A DNA stretch of 64,000 bases from a virus: positions 17,808 through 81,807 of IMG/VR virus record IMGVR_UViG_3300010370_000030. One strand, written 5' to 3'. A program made the translations under genes and the position numbers. Numbering within the stretch: position 1 is the first letter of the stretch; each line of letters starts with the position of its first letter. The notes under the pieces are model-generated. The model worked only from the letters and a program-made list of their open reading frames with translations. It was not told where the DNA came from and searched no databases. Shown piece after piece: positions 7,804-17,258 of the stretch.

Positions 7804-8331
7804 TCAGCTCCTCAAACTAATAATAACTTCATCTGAATTCCCATGATTAATAATGTCATGGAAAGTTGTCGGATTAACAACGACAGGCTTGTTACATTGC
7901 ATGCTGAAAATAACATCAGCGTCATTTCTTGATAGACCAACAATATCAAATCCTGATGCAGATTTTATTGTCTTTGTTTGACGGTTCGATTTAGGTACGT
8001 ACCAGCTCATATAAACGTTGTCGCATTTTGTAATCGGTATGTTGATCGCGGCAGGAGTGAGAACACCTTTTGCATCACGGTCGATATGTATAGCCGACAT
8101 TTGCTTCGGTTTAAGGCAAGCAACGGTTACAAAATTTATGAGCACGTTATGAACATGATTGTTCTCATCTATATTTAATACTTTGAAGATTTGTTGGCGT
8201 TGCTCACGGTTGAATGTTGATATGGGGAATGTTTTGTCAAAAAGACGATCATAGTGTACAATATCTATAACTACCTTCTCAAGGAGAGGAGCATTATATG
8301 TTAAGTTGATCACATCGGCAAAATAAGTCAT
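7804..8331 (-). CDS. Hypothetical protein, probable cupin/2OG oxygenase fold
   Basis: IHIDRD, AINIPI, PVVVNPTTFHDIIN; pattern like 5091-5648. Confidence 0.55.
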   Translation of the reverse strand: MTYFADVINLTYNAPLLEKVVIDIVHYDRLFDKTFPISTFNREQRQQIFKVLNIDENNHVHNVLINFVTVACLKPKQMSAIHIDRDAKGVLTPAAINIPITKCDNVYMSWYVPKSNRQTKTIKSASGFDIVGLSRNDADVIFSMQCNKPVVVNPTTFHDIINHGNSDEVIISLRS

Positions 8332-8364
8332 TGTAAATACAAGTATTGCAAAGAAATTATTTAT

Positions 8365-8439
8365 CTCGGTGTAGTGTTAATGGCAGCACGTGGATCTCCA
8401 AAATCTAAAGATGCGGTTCGAGTCCGTACACCGAGGCCA
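8365..8439 (+). tRNA. tRNA-Trp(CCA)
   Basis: CTCGGTG/CACCGAG, G73; TGGAT-CTCCAAA-ATCTA. Confidence 0.9.
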
Positions 8440-8453
8440 CAACGAGGAAGATT

Positions 8454-9083
8454 ATGTCTCATATTGATCATTTAAAAGCTGCGTCACGTACCAAGCACTT
8501 AAACGTTCGTCGCAATGAACAAGTTCCATATCAATCGCATTTTATAATCCCACGTGAGTTTGTTCGTTTGGATCCATGGGAAATTCAATATCTTTATGCG
8601 CTGAGTGAAAATGTATCAGAAGGCATTGTTGAGGTGGGTCGATATAAAGGTGGATCAACGCTGTTGTTCTCTCTAGCTAACACAAAAGTACCGATTCACA
8701 GTATTGATAATGCACCACAAGATGATGATTATTTGCGCACACTTATGCATACATTAGGCGTAGGTAAAAACGTTAACATTATTGTCGGTGACTCTCAAAA
8801 TACAAAATATAGCAGTATCGGTAATTACGATCTATTGTTTATAGATGGTGATCATTCGTATCAAGGATGTCTAAATGATTTGAATAACTGGTGGGAGCAA
8901 CTTTCACGCGGTGGACACCTCGTTTGCCACGATTGTTACTACCTTCCTGTTCAAAACGCTGTACATGATTTTATTAACTCTCCTCATGTTAAAGAAAGCG
9001 TTCTAATACACGTAACATACAAAGTCCCAGCAAAACACAAACTTATCCCGACAGGATCCCTATGTCATTTTCAAAAAATTTAG
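8454..9083 (+). CDS. Class I SAM-dependent methyltransferase (Methyltransf_24-like)
   Basis: IVEVGRYKGGST, HSID, GDS, DLLFIDGDHSY, GGHLVCHD. Confidence 0.9.
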   Translation: MSHIDHLKAASRTKHLNVRRNEQVPYQSHFIIPREFVRLDPWEIQYLYALSENVSEGIVEVGRYKGGSTLLFSLANTKVPIHSIDNAPQDDDYLRTLMHTLGVGKNVNIIVGDSQNTKYSSIGNYDLLFIDGDHSYQGCLNDLNNWWEQLSRGGHLVCHDCYYLPVQNAVHDFINSPHVKESVLIHVTYKVPAKHKLIPTGSLCHFQKI

Positions 9084-9134
9084 TCATCTTACCAGTATCA
9101 TTGATAATGACCAAAAATTATAAAGGAGTTGCTC

Positions 9135-9980
9135 GTGCCATTACCATTGGTAAAAATTAAGAATATTATTCATAATAGTGAAGGGGACCCACTTCTTGGA
9201 TTGACTGCTGTCGAGATTAATCCAACCGAATTATGCAACAGGACCTGTGCATTTTGTCCTCGTGTTGATCCGAACGTATATCCAAATCAAAACCTTCACA
9301 TAACACGAAATACTGTCTCAGCCGTTGTAGATGATCTATACAAAAACAATTATAAAGGTCGGCTTGTTTTCTCTGGTTTTGGTGAACCTACTCTAAACAA
9401 AGATATCCTCAATCTAATATCGATAGCAAAAGGTAGAATAGATGATATACAGCTATACACAAACGGCGATAAGATCTTAAATGATGATTGGTACACTCTA
9501 GATGAATTTTTTGCAGCTGGTGTATCAGGCATGTTTATTGACGTGTATGACGATGAAGTACAGATGAAGAAGTGGCAGAAAAAGATTGAGAGGTACAACT
9601 TTCCTATTCATCTTTCAGCCAAATATAAATTCCCCATCAATATTTTTACGAACCGAGCTGGTACCGTAAAGACAAAAGGTGTACCGCAAGATGTGTTTGC
9701 AGAGCGTTGCTTTCTGCCACATACAAAAGCGTTTGTTGATTGGGATGGAAGTATTTTGTTATGCTGTAACGATTGGGCGCGCGCCGCCGGCAGATTCGGT
9801 AACGTTAACGAGACCCCTTTTCATAAATTATGGCTGGCACCTGAGCTTAATGCTATAAGGAAGAGATTGATTGCAGGAAGTCGAGCAAACGCTGGCAGTC
9901 CATGCAATGTGTGTAATGCTGTTGGTAATCAGAAGCTCTCTGCCGAAGTACGTCAGGTTTGGCATAATGCGCTTAATTGA
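9135..9980 (+). CDS. Radical SAM protein with SPASM/twitch domain
   Basis: CNRTCAFC, SGFGEPTL, TNG, C..P....VDWDG...CCNDW, PCNVC; GTG after AAGGAG. Confidence 0.92.
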   Translation: MPLPLVKIKNIIHNSEGDPLLGLTAVEINPTELCNRTCAFCPRVDPNVYPNQNLHITRNTVSAVVDDLYKNNYKGRLVFSGFGEPTLNKDILNLISIAKGRIDDIQLYTNGDKILNDDWYTLDEFFAAGVSGMFIDVYDDEVQMKKWQKKIERYNFPIHLSAKYKFPINIFTNRAGTVKTKGVPQDVFAERCFLPHTKAFVDWDGSILLCCNDWARAAGRFGNVNETPFHKLWLAPELNAIRKRLIAGSRANAGSPCNVCNAVGNQKLSAEVRQVWHNALN

Positions 9981-10494
9981 AGTATTGTCAAAAAGAAACG
10001 ACATTACTCCTTTCATACAAGAGGTGCTTGCACCGCAGGTACAATCGTTATGGCAGAGCTATGGAAAATCTTTTTACGCGTTCCGTCACACAGAGTCCAT
10101 TCGGTTGTTGGGACCGTTTGAACAGGACGGTGCTGTTATAATGGAGAATGTACTTAGAAACAATACAGAGATCGTTGATTTGACCAATGGCCTTTTTCCA
10201 AAAACTGTTGACTGGCTTCAAACAAATTTTGTATCATTGCAAAGAGCTGCTTTAATAAAGCTGTACCCTTTTAAAGATGTTTCCCTTCATGTTGATCGAG
10301 GTGATTATTTTGATAAAACTAAACGTTTTCACTTATGCTTGAAAGGGTCGTACCGATATTTTGTCGGTGAAGAAAGTTTAGATGTTGTACCTGGAATGTT
10401 ATTTACATTTAGGAATGATGTAAAACACGGAACACAAAATTTGAACGGAGAAGATCGAATAACTCTTATGTTTGATGTTCTAAAGCCTCTGTAG
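9967..10494 (+). CDS. Aspartyl/asparaginyl beta-hydroxylase-like oxygenase
   Basis: LHVDRGDYF, RFHLCL, FRNDVKHGTQN, RITLMFD. Confidence 0.85.
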   Translation: MRLIEVLSKRNDITPFIQEVLAPQVQSLWQSYGKSFYAFRHTESIRLLGPFEQDGAVIMENVLRNNTEIVDLTNGLFPKTVDWLQTNFVSLQRAALIKLYPFKDVSLHVDRGDYFDKTKRFHLCLKGSYRYFVGEESLDVVPGMLFTFRNDVKHGTQNLNGEDRITLMFDVLKPL

Positions 10495-10576
10495 CTCAGT
10501 GGTAGAGCAGCGGATTTATACCCCGTAGCGCCAGATAAGCGGCAGGTCGTTGGTTCGAATCCAACCAGAGGCACCA
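10485..10576 (+). tRNA. tRNA-Ile(TAT) with long variable arm
   Basis: GCCTCTG/CAGAGGC acceptor, loop TTTATAC, about 20-nt extra arm, GGTTCGAATCC, ACCA. Confidence 0.8.
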
Positions 10577-10580
10577 GTTA

Positions 10581-10657
10581 CTGACCGTAGCTCAGTTGGA
10601 TAGAGCAACGGATTTCTAATCCGTTGGTCGGGGGTTCGAATCCCTCCGGTCAGGCCA
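10581..10657 (+). tRNA. tRNA-Arg(TCT)
   Basis: ACGGA-TTTCTAA-TCCGT; D-loop GGATA; GCCA. Confidence 0.95.
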
Positions 10658-10661
10658 GATT

Positions 10662-10749
10662 GCGGATGTGGCGAAATAGGTGAAACGCAGCAGACTTAAA
10701 ATCTGCCACATAAGAAACGATGCGGGTTCGAATCCCGCCATCCGCACCA
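10662..10749 (+). tRNA. tRNA-Leu(TAA)
   Basis: GCAGA-CTTAAAA-TCTGC, long variable arm, ACCA. Confidence 0.95.
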
Positions 10750-10775
10750 CCTAAATATTTTTATTTGAGACGTTA

Positions 10776-10943
10776 ATGAACCCTTCAGCAAACGTAACAA
10801 AAGAGCCTCTACACAAAGAAGAAGATAATGCTTGTGTGATGAAAAATGAATACTATGATATCTTATCAACTGAAGATTGTTTGATAGTAGTTGATGAACA
10901 AGAATTAGAGATTGGAGAGAATATCATTCTTGGTTATAACTAG
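10776..10943 (+). CDS. Small acidic hypothetical peptide (55 aa), not in ORF track
   Basis: MNPSANVTKEPLHKEEDNACVMKNEYYDILSTEDCLIVVDEQELEIGENIILGYN*; fills the intergenic gap; CTAAATA upstream. Confidence 0.6.
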   Translation: MNPSANVTKEPLHKEEDNACVMKNEYYDILSTEDCLIVVDEQELEIGENIILGYN

Positions 10944-10951
10944 GATTTGTT

Positions 10952-11419
10952 ATGAAGATGAATATTGATGAAGTAAAAAAGTTTATTCAAAAACAATCGG
11001 AATCAACAAAAATTTACATAGGTGCTGACTCCGTACGTTTCCAACATAAAAAGAAGTGGTACGCAGAATACACGCTGGCCGTTGTTATTCATATTGATGG
11101 TCAACATGGTTGTAAAGTATTTGGTGAAATACAAAACGAGCCCGACTTTGATCAGAAGAAAAATAAACCAGCTCTTAGACTTATGAATGAAGTATATAAA
11201 GTGTCAGAGCTATTTCAAAAACTATCCGATGTGCTTGCTGACCGTCACGTAGAAGTTCATCTTGATATTAATCCTGATGAGAAATATGGGTCGAGCTGTG
11301 TTGTACAACAAGCAATCGGTTACATTAAAGGCACGTGTAACATTATTCCCATGGTTAAACCAAATGCATTCGCTGCATCATATGCAGCAGATCGTTTGAG
11401 AGAGGTCATATCAGCATGA
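10952..11419 (+). CDS. RNase H-like protein, YkuK family
   Basis: KIYIGADS, RLMNEV, EVHLDIN, KPNAFAASYAAD. Confidence 0.85.
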   Translation: MKMNIDEVKKFIQKQSESTKIYIGADSVRFQHKKKWYAEYTLAVVIHIDGQHGCKVFGEIQNEPDFDQKKNKPALRLMNEVYKVSELFQKLSDVLADRHVEVHLDINPDEKYGSSCVVQQAIGYIKGTCNIIPMVKPNAFAASYAADRLREVISA

Positions 11420-12054
11420 ACATTCTTGCTGCAACAATTAATTTACCGTTGTTAGATAAAGAAAAGGCATTAGTAGAAACTCAATCGGTTGATGAACGTT
11501 ATTGGTTCTATGATACGTATCGTCACACTACCATGCTTCCTGTTATGACAATGGGTGGCGAAATGGGTGAGAAGGGGGCGTCAAATTTTAGAGAAAAGAA
11601 ATCTTTTCAATGGACTCCCTATGCTCCACAAACGCTTGTTGATTGGTTTGAACATAGTGTGTTCCCATGGATGGGAATGAGAACACGTATTAGTATACTT
11701 AAAACACACCCTGGTCAAAGAAATCACGAACACATTGATTGCTCACCTCAAGCGTTTGGTTCAAGACAACATAAATTTAGAGTCGTTCTCAAAGGTCGCA
11801 CAGACAGTCTTTACTTTGTATCAAAATTTTCACCTATAAGAATGTTTAATTGTGACACGCCCTTCATTATGGATGGTAGCTGGCCTCATGGAATGCATAA
11901 CTTCACCAACGAAGAAAAGTACACAGTAGCAGTTGGTGCTCCTTGGTCAGGTTTAGATAACTACAACAATCTTGGACCTCATATCATTCTACGTAATCCG
12001 ATCCTTCTGCCGGAAGATTTGAAGAGATATTATGATCAACGATACTTCAAATAA
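11416..12054 (+). CDS. Hypothetical 2OG-Fe(II) oxygenase-like protein
   Basis: HEHIDC, KFRVVL, FIMDGSWPHGMHN. Confidence 0.6.
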   Translation: MNILAATINLPLLDKEKALVETQSVDERYWFYDTYRHTTMLPVMTMGGEMGEKGASNFREKKSFQWTPYAPQTLVDWFEHSVFPWMGMRTRISILKTHPGQRNHEHIDCSPQAFGSRQHKFRVVLKGRTDSLYFVSKFSPIRMFNCDTPFIMDGSWPHGMHNFTNEEKYTVAVGAPWSGLDNYNNLGPHIILRNPILLPEDLKRYYDQRYFK

Positions 12055-12655
12055 AGTTGAGTTTTTTGAAGCTGGTGGTGACAAATACAAGTTCACCATC
12101 ATAACAAATTTTGATGCTGATAATGTGAGCTTAATTCAATCTTTGTGGGAAAGTTATTCAGGGAACAGGCTTAAACAAAATTACACTCCTGAAGCACTAA
12201 AAAGGTTGCTCCGAGCTCAGCGTTTTGATCTGGGATTCTTTGTTGTTGAGCGAAGCGACTTGGTAGTTGCGTCGTTTGGCTTAACACTATATAATCGCTG
12301 GGCCGTAGGTACCCGTTACATAAAACACACAAAGAAAATAGAGCCAATAGCTGCAACAGTTATAGCACCTTTTTTAAAAAAGTTCCTCGATGGGAAAGTC
12401 GATGGAATGGCAGTAGCTTACAATAGTGAAGAAAGAAGAACACTTAGTGTGTTCAGTAAAAAAGCTGATCGTGTATTTGTTTATAAGAAATTAAACAATG
12501 ACGATTTGAAGCACCTTTATGAATTTAAGGAACTAGATTATGAAGTTTTCTACAGAAAAACTCGCCAACGAGTTTTTTATGCTCCATACAAAGAGGGAGC
12601 TAAACCGGTTTTTGAACGATATACAGGATCCAATGACAGAAATCAGTCCAGTTAA
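12032..12655 (+). CDS. Hypothetical protein
   Basis: 207 aa ORF coupled to its neighbours; no recognised motif. Confidence 0.6.
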   Translation: MINDTSNKVEFFEAGGDKYKFTIITNFDADNVSLIQSLWESYSGNRLKQNYTPEALKRLLRAQRFDLGFFVVERSDLVVASFGLTLYNRWAVGTRYIKHTKKIEPIAATVIAPFLKKFLDGKVDGMAVAYNSEERRTLSVFSKKADRVFVYKKLNNDDLKHLYEFKELDYEVFYRKTRQRVFYAPYKEGAKPVFERYTGSNDRNQSS

Positions 12656-12869
12656 GTCCCTAAAAGATTTTCAACGAGATGTAGAGAGATTAGCTTTTGA
12701 AAAACGTATCGATTTCATGGAAGCCGTTCTGCTTTATTGTGAGCAGACAGGCATGGAAATTGAGACGGCTGGTAGTTTGATTAAGTCGAGTGCAAAAATG
12801 AAAGCTCGGATTCAAGATGAAGCCGAGGCACTCAACTACTTCCCTAAAACAACAAAGCTGCCTTTGTGA
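12633..12869 (+). CDS. gp33: Late promoter transcription coactivator gp33
   Basis: IDFMEAVLLYCE...EIETA..LI...K.RIQDEAEALN; conserved order 33-59-32. Confidence 0.9.
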   Translation: MTEISPVKSLKDFQRDVERLAFEKRIDFMEAVLLYCEQTGMEIETAGSLIKSSAKMKARIQDEAEALNYFPKTTKLPL

Positions 12870-13471
12870 TGTTTGCGCTACGGATGGACGCGTTCGAAGC
12901 ATATAAACGCTACCTTGCTCTGAAAAGTCATTTTACCACCGATCGGTATGACTTCTTCAAGTACAACGGTGCAGTGAAGGCTCAACGTGATAAGTTTGAA
13001 ACACGTAACGACAAGTACTTTTTTCATAAACTATCAAAACACAAAGATCTAACTAACTTTTTAGTAGCTTTGTTTGTTTATGGTAAACATGATATGTGGA
13101 TTGGTGATGTCCTTCGTAATGAAGAATCAGATAAGATGTATCGTGAGTGGTTACGTGTAAAGGAATCATTGACATATGTTTTTAAAAATGATATTGAGAA
13201 GTTTAATGAGGATCTTATAAGCAGTTTTGTGGTGACCGACGGTCAACATCCCCACGCTCTTAAACTTTTACTGCGAAAAGAAATTCACATTGAAACATTT
13301 ATTATTATGAACGACATCCTTAGGTTCAGTCCTATGTGGAACCGCGAGATTAAAGAACAGGCTGTGTGGCCTGATGTGAGGAAGAAGTGTAAGAAGTATT
13401 TTCCTTTCATGCAATATGACAAAGACCAACTCAAAAAAGTTGTTGTTGACCGTTTTAATGTTAGTCTGTAA
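12869..13471 (+). CDS. gp59: Helicase loader gp59
   Basis: YLALKSHFT..YDFFKYNG, RNDKYFF.KL, GQHP, ETFII. Confidence 0.92.
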   Translation: MFALRMDAFEAYKRYLALKSHFTTDRYDFFKYNGAVKAQRDKFETRNDKYFFHKLSKHKDLTNFLVALFVYGKHDMWIGDVLRNEESDKMYREWLRVKESLTYVFKNDIEKFNEDLISSFVVTDGQHPHALKLLLRKEIHIETFIIMNDILRFSPMWNREIKEQAVWPDVRKKCKKYFPFMQYDKDQLKKVVVDRFNVSL

Positions 13472-13479
13472 GATAAATA
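13446..13479 (+). promoter_or_regulatory. Overlapping early (TTGACC-N17-TAAGAT) and late-like (ATAAATA) promoters for gp32
   Basis: Motifs read directly; same -10 as the 474-502 promoter. Confidence 0.7.
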
Positions 13480-13543
13480 TCTGTATCGTTATGATACTGT
13501 GGACACGCAAATACAAATCACACTTTTATACAAGGAAATATAC

Positions 13544-14452
13544 ATGACAATCGATTTCAAAGCCCTCAAAAAAGCTAGCGCCACCTCTCTGCAAACTGCT
13601 CAGAGCGCTGTTGAAAAGCTAGCAACTCCCTCAACCAAGCCTCAAGACGACGATCGTTTTTGGCGACCCACTGTGGACAAAGCTGGTAATGGTTACGCTG
13701 TTATTCGTTTCCTTCCTGCGCCTGCTGGTGAGGACGTTCCGTTTGTTCGACTGTTCGATCACGCGTTCCAAGGTCCTGGTGGTTGGTTGATTGATGGGTG
13801 TCTTACTACCATTAACGAGAAATGCCCTGTATGCGAGCATAACAGTGCTTTGTGGGCAACTGGTTCGAAAGAGAACCAAGACTCAGTACGTAAACAGAAG
13901 CGCAAGTTGTCGTTTATCAGCAACATCTATGTTGTGAAAGATCCTTCCAATCCCGAAAACGAAGGGCGTGTCTTCTTGTTTAAGTATGGCAAGAAGATCT
14001 TTGATAAACTTAATGCAGCAATGAATCCTGAATTTGAGGATGAAGATTCAGTTAATCCGTTTGATTTCTGGACGGGTGCTAACTTCAAGCTCAAAATTCG
14101 TAAAGTTGAAGGCTATCAGAATTACGACAAGTCTGAGTTTGATACTCCGGAGCCTCTTTTGTCTGATGATGATGAACTCGAGGCTATTTGGAAGCGTGAA
14201 TACTCTTTGCAGCCGTTCCTGGATAAGTCAAACTATAAGTCGTATGACGATATCAAGAATCGTCTGAATAAAGTATTGTCGCTTGCTATGGCACCTGCTG
14301 CTAAGTCTAATGCTTTTGAAGATGAAGCACCTGTTATGCGCGCAGCAGCTCCGAAACCTGCTCCTACGAAAGCTCCGAAGGCGGACTTGCCATGGGACGA
14401 GCAGGAAGATGAAGACATGCTCCTATTCCAGAAGCTGGCTAGTGACGACTAA
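13544..14452 (+). CDS. gp32: Single-stranded DNA-binding protein gp32
   Basis: DDRFWRPTVDKAGNGYAVIRFLP, HAFQGPGGW, CPVCE, YGKKIFDK, acidic tail. Confidence 0.97.
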   Translation: MTIDFKALKKASATSLQTAQSAVEKLATPSTKPQDDDRFWRPTVDKAGNGYAVIRFLPAPAGEDVPFVRLFDHAFQGPGGWLIDGCLTTINEKCPVCEHNSALWATGSKENQDSVRKQKRKLSFISNIYVVKDPSNPENEGRVFLFKYGKKIFDKLNAAMNPEFEDEDSVNPFDFWTGANFKLKIRKVEGYQNYDKSEFDTPEPLLSDDDELEAIWKREYSLQPFLDKSNYKSYDDIKNRLNKVLSLAMAPAAKSNAFEDEAPVMRAAAPKPAPTKAPKADLPWDEQEDEDMLLFQKLASDD

Positions 14453-17256
14453 GCACCAACTGCACCTATAAACTCAGCGCGCCCTTGCGGTCCATTAGAG
14501 GCTGCAAGGGCTTGCGTTGTATTATGTGCAACGATAATTGTTGGTGAAACTGTTGGTTTTTGTTTTGCAGCGTTAACAGCTGTCGATGCTTGTGCAAGCT
14601 GTGTTCCGGTTTCATTGTGTCGAGGTACGATTGTGTTCATGCTCATATCCGTACCCGAACGAATCATACTAACAATAGTTGGGCCTCTGTTGCCTACTTG
14701 TTTGTACCACAAACTATCCTGTAGGTGTGCGGACGCCGTATCGAAATCACCAGCTTCGAGAGAACGCGTCGTATTAGGAAACTTGTTGTACCATGTGTTG
14801 CCCATATTAAAGGCTAGGTCTATCAAAGCGGCTTTGCCTGTTTGATTCGCTTTATCATAACCAGGACCTTGCTCTGCTCCCTGCTTGTGTTTAATGTAAT
14901 CTTTAGCGAACAGGGCATCAACTTCTTCCATTGTAAATCGTCTGTTCCATTCTGGTGGCAAACTTTTCCCATCACCAATAAGATGTCCTACACCAACAGT
15001 CCATAACCCAAGACTGTCTTTGTATGGTGATAGCCGCACACCTTCATGTTTTTTAATTAAAGCCATGATAGGCTTATCTTCAGGCGTTATTGTAGGCATA
15101 GACACGGGTTTTCGAATAGGAGTACCAGACCCGCGGCGAGGAATATTTTGAGTAGGTGTTTCGGGACGTGTAAACCATCCCCTTATAGATGGTATGATTC
15201 CCTTTCTTGGGGTAGCATCACTTTCATTCGGGACCGTAAGAGGGGTACCTTGCATTTCCGTCGCAGCTTTATCGTAATCCATCTCTGTGATATAGCTAGA
15301 CTTCAGTTCATTTTCAACTGCTTCTCTTACCGTGTCGTAGATGAACTTCCACCGTTCTGCTTTATCAGGAGCCGGGTCAGATTCTGGCCATTCACCGAAT
15401 TCCTCGTGGTAGATATCACGGGCCATGTTTGTTATAGTAGCTGGAATAGCTGTAACAAATGAACCAAATGTACCTACAACCTCCACACCAGCCCCGACGG
15501 CATCACCTATCACTATTCTATAAGCAATAGCAGCAACACCAAGGCCTAACCCTATAACAGGAATTGATTTGACGGCTGCCTTGGCAGCAGTAACCGCAAA
15601 TCTTTTTGCGACCGTTGCAACAATTTTTGGTTTATTTTTTACAACATCGGCTAGTATTGGTTTTGGTGTTACAGAGACGCTAGGTTTTTGTATAGGCTCT
15701 GGTGTAGGAGGTTTTGGAGGTTCAGGTGATGGTGTAGGCGTAGGCGTAGGCGTAGGAGGTTTTGGAGCTTCAGGTGCTGGCGTTATTCGTTTGCTTTCGG
15801 ATTCTCTGACTGCTTGAGCTAAAGCAAGACGTCTAGCTTCACTTGCATACTCTGCGTTTACTCGTTTGTAGTCCGCGTCGTTTGCAATCCTTGCTTTCTC
15901 AGCTTCAACCTTTGCTCGTTCCGCATTCACTCTCTCTGCTTCTGTTGCAGCAGCTTTAAGTCTTTCATTAGCGAGTTTTTCTTGACGTCTTAATTCTGCA
16001 GATCTCTCTACATAGCTCTTATCAAAAGTATCTCTAAGTTTCCCAAATTCTTGCCTTTGTTTCTCGAGCGCATCAATCTCAATTTTTAGTTGAGCAGCGC
16101 GAGCTTGATTGGCCGTTGCAGCAGCTTTACTTACCTGCTCGGCTTTTGCCGTATCTGCGTTTAGACGAGCTCGTTGTGTTTCCACATCGGCTTGGGCAGC
16201 TTGAACTCTTGCGCGTTCCGTTTCAATATTACGGCGGTCAGCATCGACAGCAGCTCTTTCTGTCTGTACCCTCTTTTGTTCTGCTTCAACTTTTTGTTGT
16301 TCTGTTTTTATTCTTTTTTGTTCTTCAGCCTGTTGAGCAGCAACTTTTTTTCGTTGTTCTTCAATTGCATTTGCACGTGCTTCTGCTTCAGCTCTAAGTT
16401 TTTTGTATCTTTCTTCAGCAGCTGCCTTCTCGGCGGATAGTTTTCTTTGCTCGGCTTGTAATTTTCTTTGCTCAGCATCTAAAGCCGCTTGCCTACGAGC
16501 AATTTCACGATTTATTGCAGCCTGTCTTGCTGCTTGTTGTGCGGAAGGACCCCTTCCAACCCCAGCTCTGCCGCGAGCTCTACTCTCTTGTAAAACTCTA
16601 TTTGATATTCTCCGTGCTTCTTGGGGCGAGGCACCATTCCTCAAAGCCCTGTTGTAGGCACGGCGCGCAGCAACTCGTGCTCGTCTCTCTGTTTGAGCAG
16701 GGGTTGGACCACGACGTTGACCGGGTGGTTTAGGAACCGGTCTTCCACCAGGAGGTCTACCAGGAGGTCTACCAGGAGGTCTGCGTGGTGTTCTTCTTGG
16801 TGTTCTGCGTGGTGTTCTTCTTGATCTTCCTCGACGACCAAACAGATCTAAAAAGTTATCAAAAAAGCCCCCAACATCATTATTGTCCTCTTCTAATTGT
16901 TGGTTAAGTTTTTTAACCGACGATGGACTAATTTTTATCTTTTTCTTTTTCTTACGAAGATTATCAATTTCTTTCAGAACTTTATCTGTCTCTTCTTGTA
17001 ACGTAACCTGTGCGCCCATTGCCTGAGCAAGGATCTGCACATTTCTCGATATAAGGATAAAGTGTTTTTCTATGTTTGATAAAGATGCGCGAGTTGTACG
17101 AAGCTGTGTTGTTACTTCCTCGATATACTCAACGCGTTTTTGTGTTCTTTCTGCGCGCTCTTTTTTTAAACGCGCTTCACGTAACACATCACCAAATGAA
17201 CCCAGTCCTTGTTCAAATTTTTCGCGGAGAACCTCTTTCATTACGCTAGTTACCAT
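14449..17256 (-). CDS. Tape-measure/hub-like protein with Arg-rich tract, coiled coil, Pro linker and C-terminal GH24 lysozyme
   Basis: HEGVRLSPYKDSLGLWTVGVGHLI, ALIDLAFNMG, DSLWYKQVGNR; KSIPVIGLGLG hydrophobic segment; lies downstream of gp26/gp51. Confidence 0.75.
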   Translation of the reverse strand: MVTSVMKEVLREKFEQGLGSFGDVLREARLKKERAERTQKRVEYIEEVTTQLRTTRASLSNIEKHFILISRNVQILAQAMGAQVTLQEETDKVLKEIDNLRKKKKKIKISPSSVKKLNQQLEEDNNDVGGFFDNFLDLFGRRGRSRRTPRRTPRRTPRRPPGRPPGRPPGGRPVPKPPGQRRGPTPAQTERRARVAARRAYNRALRNGASPQEARRISNRVLQESRARGRAGVGRGPSAQQAARQAAINREIARRQAALDAEQRKLQAEQRKLSAEKAAAEERYKKLRAEAEARANAIEEQRKKVAAQQAEEQKRIKTEQQKVEAEQKRVQTERAAVDADRRNIETERARVQAAQADVETQRARLNADTAKAEQVSKAAATANQARAAQLKIEIDALEKQRQEFGKLRDTFDKSYVERSAELRRQEKLANERLKAAATEAERVNAERAKVEAEKARIANDADYKRVNAEYASEARRLALAQAVRESESKRITPAPEAPKPPTPTPTPTPSPEPPKPPTPEPIQKPSVSVTPKPILADVVKNKPKIVATVAKRFAVTAAKAAVKSIPVIGLGLGVAAIAYRIVIGDAVGAGVEVVGTFGSFVTAIPATITNMARDIYHEEFGEWPESDPAPDKAERWKFIYDTVREAVENELKSSYITEMDYDKAATEMQGTPLTVPNESDATPRKGIIPSIRGWFTRPETPTQNIPRRGSGTPIRKPVSMPTITPEDKPIMALIKKHEGVRLSPYKDSLGLWTVGVGHLIGDGKSLPPEWNRRFTMEEVDALFAKDYIKHKQGAEQGPGYDKANQTGKAALIDLAFNMGNTWYNKFPNTTRSLEAGDFDTASAHLQDSLWYKQVGNRGPTIVSMIRSGTDMSMNTIVPRHNETGTQLAQASTAVNAAKQKPTVSPTIIVAHNTTQALAASNGPQGRAEFIGAVGA
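16745..16822 (-). repeat. 12-bp tandem repeats encoding RRTP x3 and RPPG x3
   Basis: CCAGGAGGTCTA and GGTGTTCTTCTT/GGTGTTCTGCGT units on the + strand. Confidence 0.85.
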
Positions 17257-17258
17257 TA

